A stretch of DNA of 64,000 nucleotides from Squalus acanthias (lineage: Eukaryota): assembly GCA_030390025.1 (NCBI GenBank), contig CM059432.1:108130001-108194000 (forward strand). The letters are read 5' to 3'. Shown piece after piece: positions 23,170 through 35,490 of this stretch. The notes under the pieces are model-generated. The model was not told where the DNA came from, searched no databases, and was given only the letters and a program-made list of their open reading frames with translations. The translations under genes and the position numbers were made by a program. Numbering within the stretch: position 1 is the first letter of the stretch; every line of letters begins with the position of its first letter.

Positions 23170-25800
23170 GGCAACCGGCAAGGTTGAACCCCTTGGGTAC
23201 AACAATGGTATGCTCATTCCTAATCCTTCTTCTCATATCCCACGCCCCCACAACCTACAATCTCTTCACACTTTCAAGCTACTGATGCTGTATGCATGGA
23301 TATATGGCTTCCCCTCCCCTCACCATAACCCGACTCTTGTGCCTTTCTGCTTTCAGATAATCAAGATCAAGAACCCGAGCAGCCTGTCCCCGAGGCAATG
23401 CAGGAGAGCGAAGGGGCAGAATAAGAAGACACAGTGTCACTGTATCTGTCACTCGCAAACACCAGCTCAGAAACTGGCACTGCAGGTACTTTAGAGGTTA
23501 GTGTAGAAGTGGGATCTGCACAGGTTGAGGCACCAGACATGAGTGGGCTGCAGTAAGGCCAGGGAAAAGGGTAGCTCGGGGGCCAGCTTGCCGGAGGGCG
23601 AGTTCGCGCGAGAGTTCTGCTGCACAGGACTCAGATGAGGACCTTGATGGGGTGTCCTTCAGAAGAAGCGTGATGGGCATGCACACCGAATTGCTAGGTG
23701 CAATGGTAAGCCTGCCAGAGAGCATCTTGGCAATGTCAAGGAGCATTGCACGTGGCTCTGCGCAGAGTTTGGAGCCCAGGATTTCCAGGCTGGAAATGAT
23801 GGAATACTCAGACATGATGTTGCATGTGATGGGCGATGTCGCGGCTGCCATTGCAGCACAGACGAAGGCAACCCGACATCTTAGTGCTGCAGCGGAAGTG
23901 CAGACCCGCTCTCATGCAGTCTCAGCTTGCTGCCACCCAGGATCTGACTGCTGCCATCGTGGCTAGGTTTACCACTGTCGACCGGGGCTTGCAGGGTGTC
24001 GCAGCAGCCCAGCAATCTGTGCTCCCGTGAACGTGGCAGTGGGTCAGTGGAGCAGGACCCTGCTGTCCTCTCAGGATGACAGCATTCCTGTTCTCACCAC
24101 TGCCACTCCGCCATTGCCCTTGTCGCTGCATGCCGAGGTGGGGCAGTCTGCAGCCGGGACTCCTAGGGCCAGAGCTGCTCAAGGTCATCCCTCTGAAGTC
24201 TCTCCCATGGAAACTCAACAGCCTTCCACCAGCCATGCTGCAGCCACTGGGGGAGCACTTCATAGGAACACTAGATCAGGAAAGGGCACCTGAACGACAG
24301 ACACAAGGGTGATTAGTTCATATTTTTGCTGTAAATATGTCTGTTGATTTTTGATAAATTTTTAAAATTTTGTTTGGAATTTTTTGTGGCATCTCTCATT
24401 TCAGTTTTGTGCCCAGTAGGATGCTGTGTTATTCCATAACAGAGGGATGGTATGATGGGGATGTGGTGAGCAACGCGGATCTGGGGTTTCATTCATTGGA
24501 ATCAGAGTCTGAGGAGGCGTTCATGGACAGCCCGTCCGGAAGGGCAATAGGCTGCCTGCCTCCTCCCTTCCTCCTCGTCCTCTTGTTCCTCTTCCTCCTC
24601 CTCCTCCTCTCCCATGTCCTCCTCCTGATGTGGTCCCACAATCCCTGGTGGCAAGGGCTGTGCCCTCATGATGGCCAAGTTCTGAAGCATGCAGCATACC
24701 ACCACAAAATGGGACACTCGCGTGTCCTGGTGGGCTCCTCCCGAGCGGTCAAGGCAGCGGAACCATTGCTTCAGTAGGCCGATGATCTGCTCGATGATGC
24801 TCCGGGTGGAAGCATGGCTCTCATTATATAAGTGCTGGGCACAAGTGGTGGGGTTGCGGAGGGGAGTCATGAGCCAGATGGAGAGCGGATAGTGGTTGGA
24901 AGATTGCTGGCACACCGGACTGACGCAGGATGAAAACATCATGGCTGTGCCAGAATAGCGGGCATTGATCATTAGTATCTCTGGGCGTGGTCTCACACCA
25001 ACTGCACATTAAATGAGTGGTATCCTTTGCGGTTACAGAAGACCTCAGGATTGTTATACGGCGTCCGCAAAGCCATGTCTGTGTAGTCAATGGCGCCCTG
25101 CACCATGGGAAAGCCCACTATCCTGGCAAAGCCACCTGCTTGCTCATCTTGCTTCTCTCTGCTCAAAGAGAAGACAATGTAATCCCTTCTCCTGGTGTAG
25201 AGACCTTCAGTGACCTTCCGGATGCAGCGGTCTTCTGCTGCAGACTGGAAGGATCTGCTGGCAAAGAAGTTGAGGGCAAAGGTGACCTTGACTGCCACTG
25301 GGAGAGCCACGGTCACCCTGCTCTCAGGCTGCAGGTTTGGTTGCAGGTGTGGCAGAGTTCTGTGACAACCTCTAATACACTGCTCCTCGCTTAAATGGAT
25401 ATAAGAGAATTGCTCTCTGAGCACCCTAGGTGGGTAAGGCCTCCTGTTGAGAGCTCTCCTGGCCCTCCTCCTCCTCCCTCTGCACGCATCTTCTCGTCTT
25501 ATTCCCTGTCTCTGCTCCCTCTCCCTGAGATACTCGAGCGCGAGGGGGACTGCCAGTACAGCCCCCATGACTGTGAGCAAGTGTTGTGAGTAGAAGCCTT
25601 TAAATAATAATGAAGGCATTTTGCACTTGCAACAACACTTAACTTAGAACCTTGAAAGAAGTTAATAAAGCTGGTGGAGTTGCAGAAAGTTTTGCAGAAA
25701 GTTGCACAGAGCCAGTCAAACTGGCAAATAAATCAGCGCAATCCTAACTTGCAACAGCAGGACAACCAACTCCAAATCAGTGGGACAGCAATCCAAACCA
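23170..25800. mobile_element. Degenerate Harbinger: last exon of the Myb gene (+, ~23357-24290) and transposase (-)
   Basis: TTTCAG acceptor followed by an acidic/coiled-coil-like ORF; convergent transposase. Confidence 0.8.
24502..25569 (-). pseudogene. Harbinger transposase, near full-length, frameshifted
   Basis: RRPYPPRVLREQFSYIHLSEEQCIR, GFPMVQGAIDYTD, NRKGYHSFNVQLV, YNESHASTRSIIEQIIGLLKQWFRCLDRSGG. Confidence 0.92.
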
Positions 25801-26189
25801 AGCCTCAACAAGGATCCCAAGTCCGATTACTTCTCTGTGTCAGTTTCACTGATTCTCAGGAGTAAATCCACCTGAGAGGATGTGGGTAATTCTACAATAA
25901 GGGAATACCTCAGCATTAAACATTTGTAAAATTGACACAATGTGACAAATTTTTATTTAGACTGCCTAAGGCTTCCACCCTGCTGAAGTAGAAATTGCTG
26001 TTGAGCAATGCACAGTTTTAAGTGGGGAGCTCTTAATCGAGTCATCATGTTCAGTAGCAGGCAGTTCACTGAGAGTTCTGACCATTGAGGACTGCCCTAA
26101 ACTGGTAGAATAAATGGGATTTTTTGGATATCATAATTTGTAGCATTGAATTGTTTTAAATAGGGTATTTCAAATCAAATTGTTTCAAT

Positions 26190-26460
26190 TATAGTAGTTA
26201 ATATTTTAAGATAATTAGCAAAAGAGCCAGGGATATGATGAGGAGATTTTTTTTTACGTAACGAGTTGTTATGATCTGGAATATATTGCCTGGGTGGTGG
26301 AAGCAGATTCAATAGTAACTTTCAAAAGGGACTTGAAAAGGAAAGATTTGCAGGGCTAATGGGGAAAGAGCAGGGGAGTGGGACTAATTGGAGAGCTCTT
26401 TCAAAGAGCTGGCACAGGCACAATGGGCCAAATGGTCTCCTTCTGTGCTGTATAATTCTA
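26190..26460 (+). mobile_element. CR1 3' fragment; further short fragments at ~29600-29730 (+), 31116-31465 (-), 32885-32935 (+), 35880-36150 (-), 36460-36850 (+), 43790-44200 (+) and 47000-47280 (-)
   Basis: Degenerate FFTQRVV..WN coding remnants and CR1 3' hairpin motifs. Confidence 0.75.
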
Positions 26461-27409
26461 GAATACAGTATTTAGGTGAACATGCCTCTGTGAAGCTGCC
26501 AATTGAATCATTTTGCCGAAAGTAAAACTATAATTTTGTAAGACTCTGCTCAGGACGTGTAGGACTTGCCAATTCTGTGACCCACACTCGCATCTAGTGA
26601 GGCCCCACGCTGGGAGTGGAGATGGGGCTATAACACTATCGAGCTGATTTTGTGCCATGTGCTCCTGTCAAGTGAGGCTCCAGGCTGGGAGTGAAGCCTC
26701 AGAAAATGATCTGTGTTAACATCAAGCATCTCTAAGTGAGGGATAGCATAGGGAGGAGCTGTGAACTAAAGCACTATACTGGCCCCAACAGTGCATCATT
26801 AGAAAGTCAGCTTTGCCTGTGCCAGCATAGCATTTCCAGTTTCCGCAGCAGCCCTCCCCGAGTCAGATTTCCATTTTAGGACAATTTTTTTGTGCCAATT
26901 TTGTGCTGTGGGCCTAGATATACTGGGAGCTCCATTGAGACTGGCCAACTTCCTCCAACAAAGGTCCTCTATAGCCAGCAAAGATTCAAACATGGGTCCC
27001 AGTGATGAAAGGAGAATTCACTGCAAACCCATTGCATCACCAGTCCCAGATCAACCATAAATCATGGGAATTTCAGCCAGGGGAAGTTGGTTGGTTGTGA
27101 GAGCAGGGGGCCGGAAAGCTGGGAGTCCATGAACATGTTCGCGTTCGGTCTTCGCTGTGCGTTGTAATTATTTCCTGGTTACATTCTCTTGCAGTTTGTT
27201 TCAGAGGTTCATTGTACATTCAAATCCCATGCAAGATGGGTGTTAATACAGGAGCCTGGGACTTTGTTGTTTTCCTACAATGAGTGTGCATTGTGGATGC
27301 CACCCACTTCAAATGGCCTTTAAAGCCAGTCAGCTTCTCGCTAGTTCAGACTGGAGACATGAAAGCAACACGGTTCATTATTTTTTGCTGTTGAACAGTA
27401 AGCTGTATA

Positions 27410-29523
27410 GTTCCCCCACTTAAAATCAGCAGCCTTCCACCAACCATGCTGCAGCACTTCGTCGGAGCACCAGGACAGGCAAAGGCACACTGAAGACAGA
27501 CACTAAGGGAATGCACAAGGGTGATTAGTTAACTTTGTTATGTAATATTGGATGGATTGATGTATAAAGTTGGATTGGAATGTTTCTTTTGTGATGGCTT
27601 TTAGTTCAGCATTGTGGCCAAGAGGATGCTATGATGGTCAGTATTGAGAGGTCGCACAACACCAGGTTATAGTCCAACAGTTTTATTTGAAATCACAAGC
27701 TTTCGGAGCTATCGATCGCCCCTTCCTCAGAAAGGGCGATCGATAGCTCCGAAAGCTTGTGATTTCAAATAAAACTGTTGGACTATAACCTGGTGTTGTG
27801 CGACCTCTCAATTTTGTCCACCCCAGTCCAACACCGGCATCTCCGCATCATGATGGTCAGTAACAGAGGGAAGATAAGGTGTGGGGAATTGGGGATGTGG
27901 TCACTGGTACCGCAGTCAGATGAGTCAATCAGGGACAGCCCGGGCAGAAAGGGGCTGTCTGGGTTGCTTCCTCCTCTTCTGCTTCCTCCTCCTCCTCCCC
28001 GTCTTCCTCCTCAGCTGATTGCCGTATGCCTGGTGGCAAGAGCTGGGCCCTCATGATGGTGAGGTTGTGGAGCATGCAGCAGACCACAACGAATCTTGAG
28101 ACACGTTCTGGTGAGTACTGCAAGGCTCCTCCAGAGCGGTCCAGGCAGCTGAAGCGTTGTTTAAGGACGCCAATGGTCTGCTCTATCAGATTCCGTGTGG
28201 CAGCATGGCTCTGATTATACGCATGCTGCCTATGTGTGGTTGGGTTGTGGAGTGGAGTCATGAGCCAGGTGGTCAGCGGATAGCCCTTGTCGCACAGAAG
28301 CCAGCTTCTGGTTTGTTTTGGTGTCTCAAAGACTCAGGGAACAGCGGACTGGCACAGAATAAAAGCATCATGACTGCTGCCAGGATACCGGACATTCACC
28401 AACATGATGTGCTGAACATGGTCGCACACCAACAACACATTCAGCGGGTGGTAACTTTTGCGGTTGCGGTACATCTCAGCATTTAGATGTGGTGCCCACA
28501 AAGCCACGTGCCTGCAGTTGATGGTGCCATGCACCATGGGGAAGTCCACTATCCTGGTAAAGCCACGTGCATGCTCTGCCTGCTTCGCTCTAATCAGAGA
28601 AAAGACAATGAAGTCCCCTCTCCTGGCATCAAGAGCGTCTGTCACCTCTCTTATGGACGGCAAACTGGGAGATGTTACAAATGTCACCTGCTCCAGCCTG
28701 GAAGGATGCTGATGCGAGGAAATTCAGGGCCACGGTCACCTTCACAGCCACTGGTAGCACTGTCGTTGCCCTGGTGTAAGGCTGCAGGTCTGGTTGCAAG
28801 AGGTGGTAGAGTTCTGTGAGCACCTCCTTCGAGAAGCGCAGATGCCTCACACACTGCTCCTGGCTCAGGTTGAGGTAAGAGAATTGCTCTCAGATGACCA
28901 AAGGTGGGTATGGCCTCCTGATGAGAGCCCTCCTCCTCCTCCCTCTGCGAGCAGCTTGTCCTCTTTTTTGCTGCCTCTGCTCCATCTCCTTGTCATGCTG
29001 CAGGCCAAGGGGGATGACAACTAGAGCACCCATGACTGGGAACAAATGGTCTGACCAGAACCCTTAAAGTCAGAAGCAAGGCCTTCTCCACTTGCAGCAC
29101 CACTCCCTGTCACCTCACCAACTTTAAACAACTCCAGAAAGCTCCAAACACAAAGCCAGTAGAAATTAATCAGCAATTGCCCTGAGAGTAGTTGCTGATC
29201 TCTTTATATATCGCTGGTGGGGGATCCTTGCTGCTGCTGAATGCATGTTCAGCTGTGTGAGGTTAAGACAGGGCGTTAGCTCCAGCAGTGAGGATGAAAA
29301 TGGCAGTGCTGGTGTCAAATCAGTGTTGCACACTGATTGATGTCATGGTCTGCCTACTCTACATACTTCTGGTGCATGCACCCAGCGCCGACGCTAACGC
29401 CCTCACCAAGATGGTGTCTGGCACGGCAGGCACCAGAAGTGTGCGTGCGCAGATGCCATTTTGTGACAAAATGGCATCCGTAGCGCCGAAAAATCGGGCG
29501 CTACGGAGCCAAATTTTTTGCCC
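27410..29523. mobile_element. Harbinger right half with frameshifted transposase (-, ~27905-29033) and terminal repeat
   Basis: VLPVAVKVTVALNFLASASFQ, NRKSYHPLNVLLV, YPGSSHDAFIL, IEQTIGVLKQRFSCLDRSGGALQYSPERV; ends AATTTTTTGCCC. Confidence 0.9.
27644..27849. mobile_element. Fold-back Penelope-type mini-element with hammerhead core and 13-bp TSD
   Basis: Inverted arms across 27644-27811; TSD ATGATGGTCAGTA at 27631-27643 and 27850-27862; reverse strand CTGAGGA-AGGGGC..GCTCC-GAAAGCTT. Confidence 0.85.
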
Positions 29524-29734
29524 TATGATTCTAATAGAACAACTCTGTGCTAGTGATGAATATAATCTACATCAGATCATTATCCCTGTCAAATAATATT
29601 TGGACTCTTCATGAAGAAACTTGATTCAGGAAAATATACTTAGAATTGAAGACGCATGGAGTATAGAGCCTTTGCAAAGGATGGTTACAATGTAGAATCC
29701 TCTGCCACAAGGCATTGTTGAAGCAGAGTCATAT

Positions 29735-30428
29735 GGCTAAAAATTCAGGGGCTCAACGCCACCTGTTACCGGCAAAAAATGGCGAAAGAGCGGCCCGCCG
29801 CTGGTGGGTCCCGCAGTGTCCTCCAATTTTGACATCCCGGTAGCGCTGCCGGTAAGTAGTAGCGCCCTGCAAAAAAAAAATGGCAGAGTGGTGACGTCAG
29901 TCGGTGTGCAATGCCAATTTAACGTCACCACGGCCAACTTCAGCCCTAGCGCCGAGTTCAGCACTGGGTCATAACCACCCCAGGGAAACCCAGCAGACTG
30001 ACAGTGGCAATGTCAACACCTCTTAAAGGGACACACACATCTTTCAGGTAAGTTTGCACTTGAACTTTTTGATTTTATTAAGTACTGGCTTGCTACAATA
30101 GATGTTAAAAGTTTTTTAAGTGTGTAAGGAGTGCTGCTGGATGCTTGCAAGGCCTCGGATGGTAAAGGAAGGCCTCAGAGGAGACAGAAAAAGCTGCAAA
30201 GTACTCAGCAGGTCAGGCAACACCATGGAGAGAGAAACAGAGTTCACGTCTCAGGTCAAGGTGCTGCCTGACCTGCTGAGTATTTCCAGCATTTTATGCT
30301 GTCATTTCAGATTTACAGCATCTGCTCGCAGAGAGACGAGGAAGACACAGAAGAGGAAGAAACAGAAGAGGAAGAAGAGGAAGGAAGGATGCAACCCAGA
30401 CAACTCCTATCTGGCCGGGATATCTGAT
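29735..30428. mobile_element. Second, inverted, partial copy of the 10770-12954 Harbinger derivative
   Basis: Reverse-complement homology to ~12260-12954; ORF-track peptides 30120..30536 and 11770..12567 are nearly identical over ~100 residues. Confidence 0.88.
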
Positions 30429-30429
30429 C

Positions 30430-30900
30430 ACCATCTCACCCCCCGACCACAACCTCACCCCCCACTCGACCACCATCACACCCCTGACCCTGATCTACCC
30501 CACTGCAATCTTTTTCCCCCCCCCAACCACCACTAGACCCTTTGATCACCACTAGACCCCGCCCCCCGACCACCACTCGACCTCCCCGACCACCACTATA
30601 CCTCCCCAACCCCCACTAGATTCTTCCGACCACCACTAGACCCCCCCCACCACCACTCGACCTCCCCGACCACCACTAGACGCCCACAACCACCACTATA
30701 CCTCCCCAACCCCCACTAGATTCTCCCGACCACCACTAGAACCCCCCTACCACCACTCAACCTCCCCAACCACCATTCGACCCCCACAACCACCACTATA
30801 CCTCCCCAACCCCCACTAGATTCTCCCGACCACCACTAGACCCCCCCTACCACCATTAGACCCTCCCCGACCACCATTCGATGCCCACCCCGACCACGAT
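30430..30900. repeat. 20-bp C-rich minisatellite (CCGACCACCACTAGA core) with 100-bp higher-order period, inside a MITE-like remnant ending at ~31114
   Basis: CACCACTATACCTCCCCAACCCCCACTAGATTCT recurs at 30591, 30691 and 30791. Confidence 0.9.
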
Positions 30901-33461
30901 CGCTTGCTACCTCCCTACCTGCTCTTTGTTCCGATGCGTCCTTGTGCTGCAGGCTGTCATCAGGCAGCCTGTTGGGCAGAAAACCACAGAAAAAATGTAA
31001 AAGACGTCCTGCAATTAAAAATTACAAGATTTTTGGGAAACCCATACTTCCAGGTTTCCCATCCATCACTCCTTCCCTCCCGCTCCGAGCACGTGGCCCT
31101 GTAAATATCGGGGCCATAGAATCATAGAGAACAGAAGGAGGCCATTCAGCCCATCGTACCTGTGCCGGCTTTTTGAAAGGGCTATCCAATTAGTCCCACT
31201 TCCCTAATCTTTCCCTATAGCCTCGCAAAACTTTTCCTTTTCAAGCATATCTCCAATTCCCTTCTGAAAGTTACTATTGAATCTGCTTCCACCACCCATT
31301 CAGGAAGTGCATTCCAGATCACAACAACTCACTGCGTAAAAAAATTCACATCAACTCTCCTCTGGTTCTTTTGCTAATTACCTTAAAGCTGTGTCTTCTG
31401 GGTACCGACCCTTCTGCCAGTGGAAACAGTTTCTACTTATTTTATCCATCAAAACCTGTCATTAATTCTTTAAAAAAAGAATTAGATGGTTGCTTTAAGG
31501 CCAAATCTGAGGATCTGAAGAAATAAAGACTTTCATTTATTTAGCACCTTGTACGGCCTCAGGATGTCCGAAAATGCTTCACAGTAATTGAAATACTTTT
31601 GAAGTGTAGTCACTGATGTAACACAGGGAAGCGCGGAAGCCAATTTGCGCACCACAAACAGCAATGAAATAATGACCAGATATTTAGGGATAAATATTGG
31701 CCAGGACACCAGGAGAACTCCTCTGCGCTGGGATCTTTTACATCCACCTCAGGGGCAGACGGGGCCACAGTTTAAGACGGCACCTCCGACAGTGCAGCAA
31801 TCCCTCAGTACCGCAGAGAAAGGTCACCCTAGAGTCTCTGGAGTGGGGCTTTGAACCCACAACCTTTTGACTCAGAGGTGAGATTGCTACCACTAAGCCA
31901 CAGCTTGACACCTTGAGGAAAACATGATTTACTTGCTGTAATACGGCAGGATGGGATATTTATCTTTAGCCTCTGAAATGCTGCACTATCAAACCGCCAG
32001 CTTGTGCTGCTCTGTGCAGAATGCCAGATGGTCAGGTGATGAGTTTGTAGATGTGTTTGGGGTCCCAGGTTGGGTGTTGTGCATTAATGTCTGCATCACG
32101 CATACATTACAAGCCCCAAACCAGTAGGAACATGTGCCTAACTGCACTGAATCCTCTGATAATCCACTTTTATATCTTTGAAAGTCATCATGCAAAATTA
32201 TTCACATCACCGAGATGAATAGAGCACAGAGGTAAGACAGCAGTTTGCAAGAAACAATGTATATATGACAGAGCTATTGAATGTTTTCAGTTGTGAGTGT
32301 CGAGCAACTCACTGAATGTGCACTTTAGGGTATTTCTGAAAGATGTGATAAGGTACTATATAAATGCGAGTTCTTATTCTAATTTGCACTCTTCCATAGA
32401 CACTAAAATACTTCGACAACAACCTCAAACAGCTCATTATATTGAAAGGTCTGCATTAATAGTTTATTATAATAAGATTTTTCCATAATCTTTAGGAAAC
32501 ATAGGGCAGTTAAGGCACTTGGCTGTACAGTATTCATTATAATCCATTTTGTTACTCATGTCCCTGGAGCAATATTTTAGCTGCTTGTAATATAACCACA
32601 CAAGGAAACCAGCTCATAAACAAATATTGCTTACCATGTCATTTGGGGTTGGGATTCGATGCAGGTTATGAAACAGATGTGGACTTCATGCTTGAATTAT
32701 AACCTGAATACATGCAGTGGTGTTGCTGCTAAATCAGGCACAGGGCTTCATGTAACAAGGCAATGAATGAAAAGCGTAATGAGTTAAATCTGATGAATTA
32801 GCTCTCTCAACGCTGAGCTTTGCACAACGGGAGCACATATAGAAATTTGGGCAGCATCCCCAATTAGTGGCCCTGTTTACATTAGCGGCGGTTCAGGCTC
32901 GAGGGGCTGAATGGCCTACCCCTGTTCCTATGTTCTAGAAAATCTCACGGCCATGAATCAGGCATGTTGATCCCCACATCCGAACTTCTGATATACACTC
33001 CATCTGCCTCGGGAGCCCTAACGCATAAAATGTGCCCCATTGCGGGCCCTGTATCTCTAGCTGTACTGTCCAGAACATCTTCAACCCTGCTCGTTTGAAG
33101 ACACTGCTCGCCTCATCGGTCACACAAATCAGAGGCACCTTTAATTCAGTGTCAACTCCGAAACTCATGTGAACACTCCCTTAGGCAGCGTGCAGATAGT
33201 AGAAGCACTTGCAATGCACCGTTTCGACCCAATGAGGGTAATTTTGACTTCGAGCGATAGAGTAAAACGGGCAACAGCGAATCGGCAGTCTGTTTTACCT
33301 CTCCCAATTTTTATTAAAATTTAGTTAAAATTACCCATATGACTGTGTAAATAGAATAATACATCAATGAATCCTAAAGATTTGAAGCAATATTAAAAGT
33401 GGCGGACTAGGGTACTTTAAAGGCTGCAGCTGGTGGTTAAAAGGATGCTGCCATTTAAATG

Positions 33462-33686
33462 AGAAGTCGCACAACACCAGGTTATAGTCCAACAGATTTA
33501 TTTAAAATTACAAGCTTTCGGAGCTGTCGCCCCTTCCTCAGGTAGAGTTACTGTAACTCTACCTGAGGAAGGGGCGACAGCTCCAAAAGCTTGTAATTTT
33601 AAATAAATCTGTTGGACTATAACCTGGTGTTGTGCGACTTCTCATTTTTGTCCACCCCAGTCCAACGCCGGCATCTCCGCATCATG
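33462..33686. mobile_element. Fold-back Penelope-type mini-element with hammerhead cores and 12-bp TSD
   Basis: Arms 33461-33551 and 33553-33643 (one mismatch, 1-nt spacer); TSD GCCATTTAAATG at 33450-33461 and 33687-33698. Confidence 0.9.
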
Positions 33687-34247
33687 GCCATTTAAATGGT
33701 AAGTGGTTGCAGGTGGAGGGCAAAAATTTGTAGACTGCATAAAGTACGTTGAGGCATGAAACAAAGTCTGTAGGCACGTACTGGACTGATGCAGGACCCA
33801 AGCCCCCAGTTTGATGAATGGCAAAATGGAGGTGCCGTTGCATGACGCTGGTGTGAGACGTGTTGCCCTGTTCGGCTCTCCAGGGTACACTTTCCAGAGG
33901 ACAGCAGTGCAACATGCCTGGCAGTGTCAACACTATGTAAGTAGTCACATGACCTGGGAATAGATGTGGAGGAAAATGGCAGACCTTAAGAGAGCTACCA
34001 AAACACAGCTACCCAACAATGTCATATACCAGATAGATAGTCCAAGTATGCTAGCCTGTCAATCTGTTTAGAAATTTTTCATTGCTTGCTTTGCATGCCC
34101 ATATTCCAATGGAGCACATATTAAAGCTGCAACTTACTAATGAACCCCTTGGCACACTAACATCTTCTAAGCCTATCACACACAAAATCATTCTAATATA
34201 ATGTAGCATGTTGCAGGGACTGTAAAAGATCCCATGGTACGATTTGT

Positions 34248-34648
34248 AGAAACATAGAAACATAGAAAATAGGTGCAGGAGTAGACCATTCGGTCCTTCG
34301 AGCCTGCACCGCCATTTAATGCGTTCATGGCTGAACATGCTACCTCAGTACCCCATTCCTGCTTTCTCGCCATACCCCTTGGTCCCCCTAGTTGTGAGTA
34401 TTATATCTAACTCCCTTTTGAATATATTTAGCGAACTGGCCTCAACAACCTTCTGTGGTAGAGAATTCCACAGATTCACCACTCTCTGGGTGAAGAAGTT
34501 TCTCCTCATCTCAGTCTTAAATGGCTTCCCCTTTATCCTTAGACTGTGACCCCTGGTTTTAGTTTTCACTAACATTGGAAACATTCAGCCCGCATCTAAT
34601 TTGTCTAAACCAGTCAGGATTTTAAACGTCTCTATAAGATCCCCCCTC
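34248..34648 (-). mobile_element. CR1 3' fragment inserted into a Deu-domain SINE
   Basis: RGHSLRIKGKPFKTEMRRNFFTQRVVNLWNSLP and ATAGAAAC tail; SINE reads through as AAAAGATCCCATGGTACGATTTG / AGAAGAGATGGGGAGTTCTCC. Confidence 0.9.
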
Positions 34649-34942
34649 AGAAGAGATGGGGAGTTCTCCAAGTGTCCTGGCTAATATTTATCCCTCAACA
34701 GATTATCTGGTCATTATCACATTGATGTTTGACCTTGCTGTGCGCAAATTGGCTGGCGCGTTTCCTACATTACAACAGTGACTACACTTTAAAAGCACTT
34801 CATTAGCTGTGAAGCGCTTTGGGACATGCTGAGGTTGTGAAAGATCCTATATAAATACAATTTCTTTCTTTTCTTTCTGTCACACCAACACAGGCTGTAC
34901 AACAGAATAAGCAGAAGAATCTTGTCTACTTTAGAGAGACTA

Positions 34943-35490
34943 TGGGGGGAACTTTTACTTCCCGACATGCTGGGAGCGGGGCGGTCCGGTAGCGCGCGGG
35001 AAACCTGGAAGTCTGGGTTTCCCTGCACGCTGTGGAGATTTAGCTTCTGTCAGTGACAGGTTCCCTGCCCGGAAGTCAGCCTGATTGACAGGCCTGGCTT
35101 CCAGTTGGGCGGGGAGCACTCCAGTGGAGGCCACAGGACCAGGTAGGTCCAATCCCTGACCCCGGGGTGGGGGGTCCAATCCCGGGGCTAATGGTGGGGG
35201 AGCTTGGAGGGCTGGGAGGAAGCACTCCTGCTCCTCTTGGCCCACAAGGAGTACTATGAAGGCAATTACCTTCTCCCCGAGGCTGTCCTCACCTCGCTGC
35301 AGCTGCCAGGTTTCCCGAGGCCTGGGAAACCCGGCCAGCAATAGTTAAATCCGAGGCTTCCAGCCTTATTAACATATTTAAAATGCCAACCCGCCTCCTG
35401 GGAGTGGGGTTGGCTGCCTGCCCCTTGTCTTGCATCAGTGAAACCTGGAAGTCGGCGGGTTGGAGCCGGCTTCCCGGCACGCCTCCCTGG
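34943..35490. mobile_element. GC-rich MITE-like element
   Basis: Begins TAT-GGGGGGAACTTT; internal repeats of GGAAACCTGGAAGTC in both orientations. Confidence 0.6.

Noticed and set aside
24502..29033. Calling the transposases the host gene HARBI1
   Set aside because: Multiple frameshifted copies paired with Myb genes and TIRs indicate transposons, not the single domesticated gene
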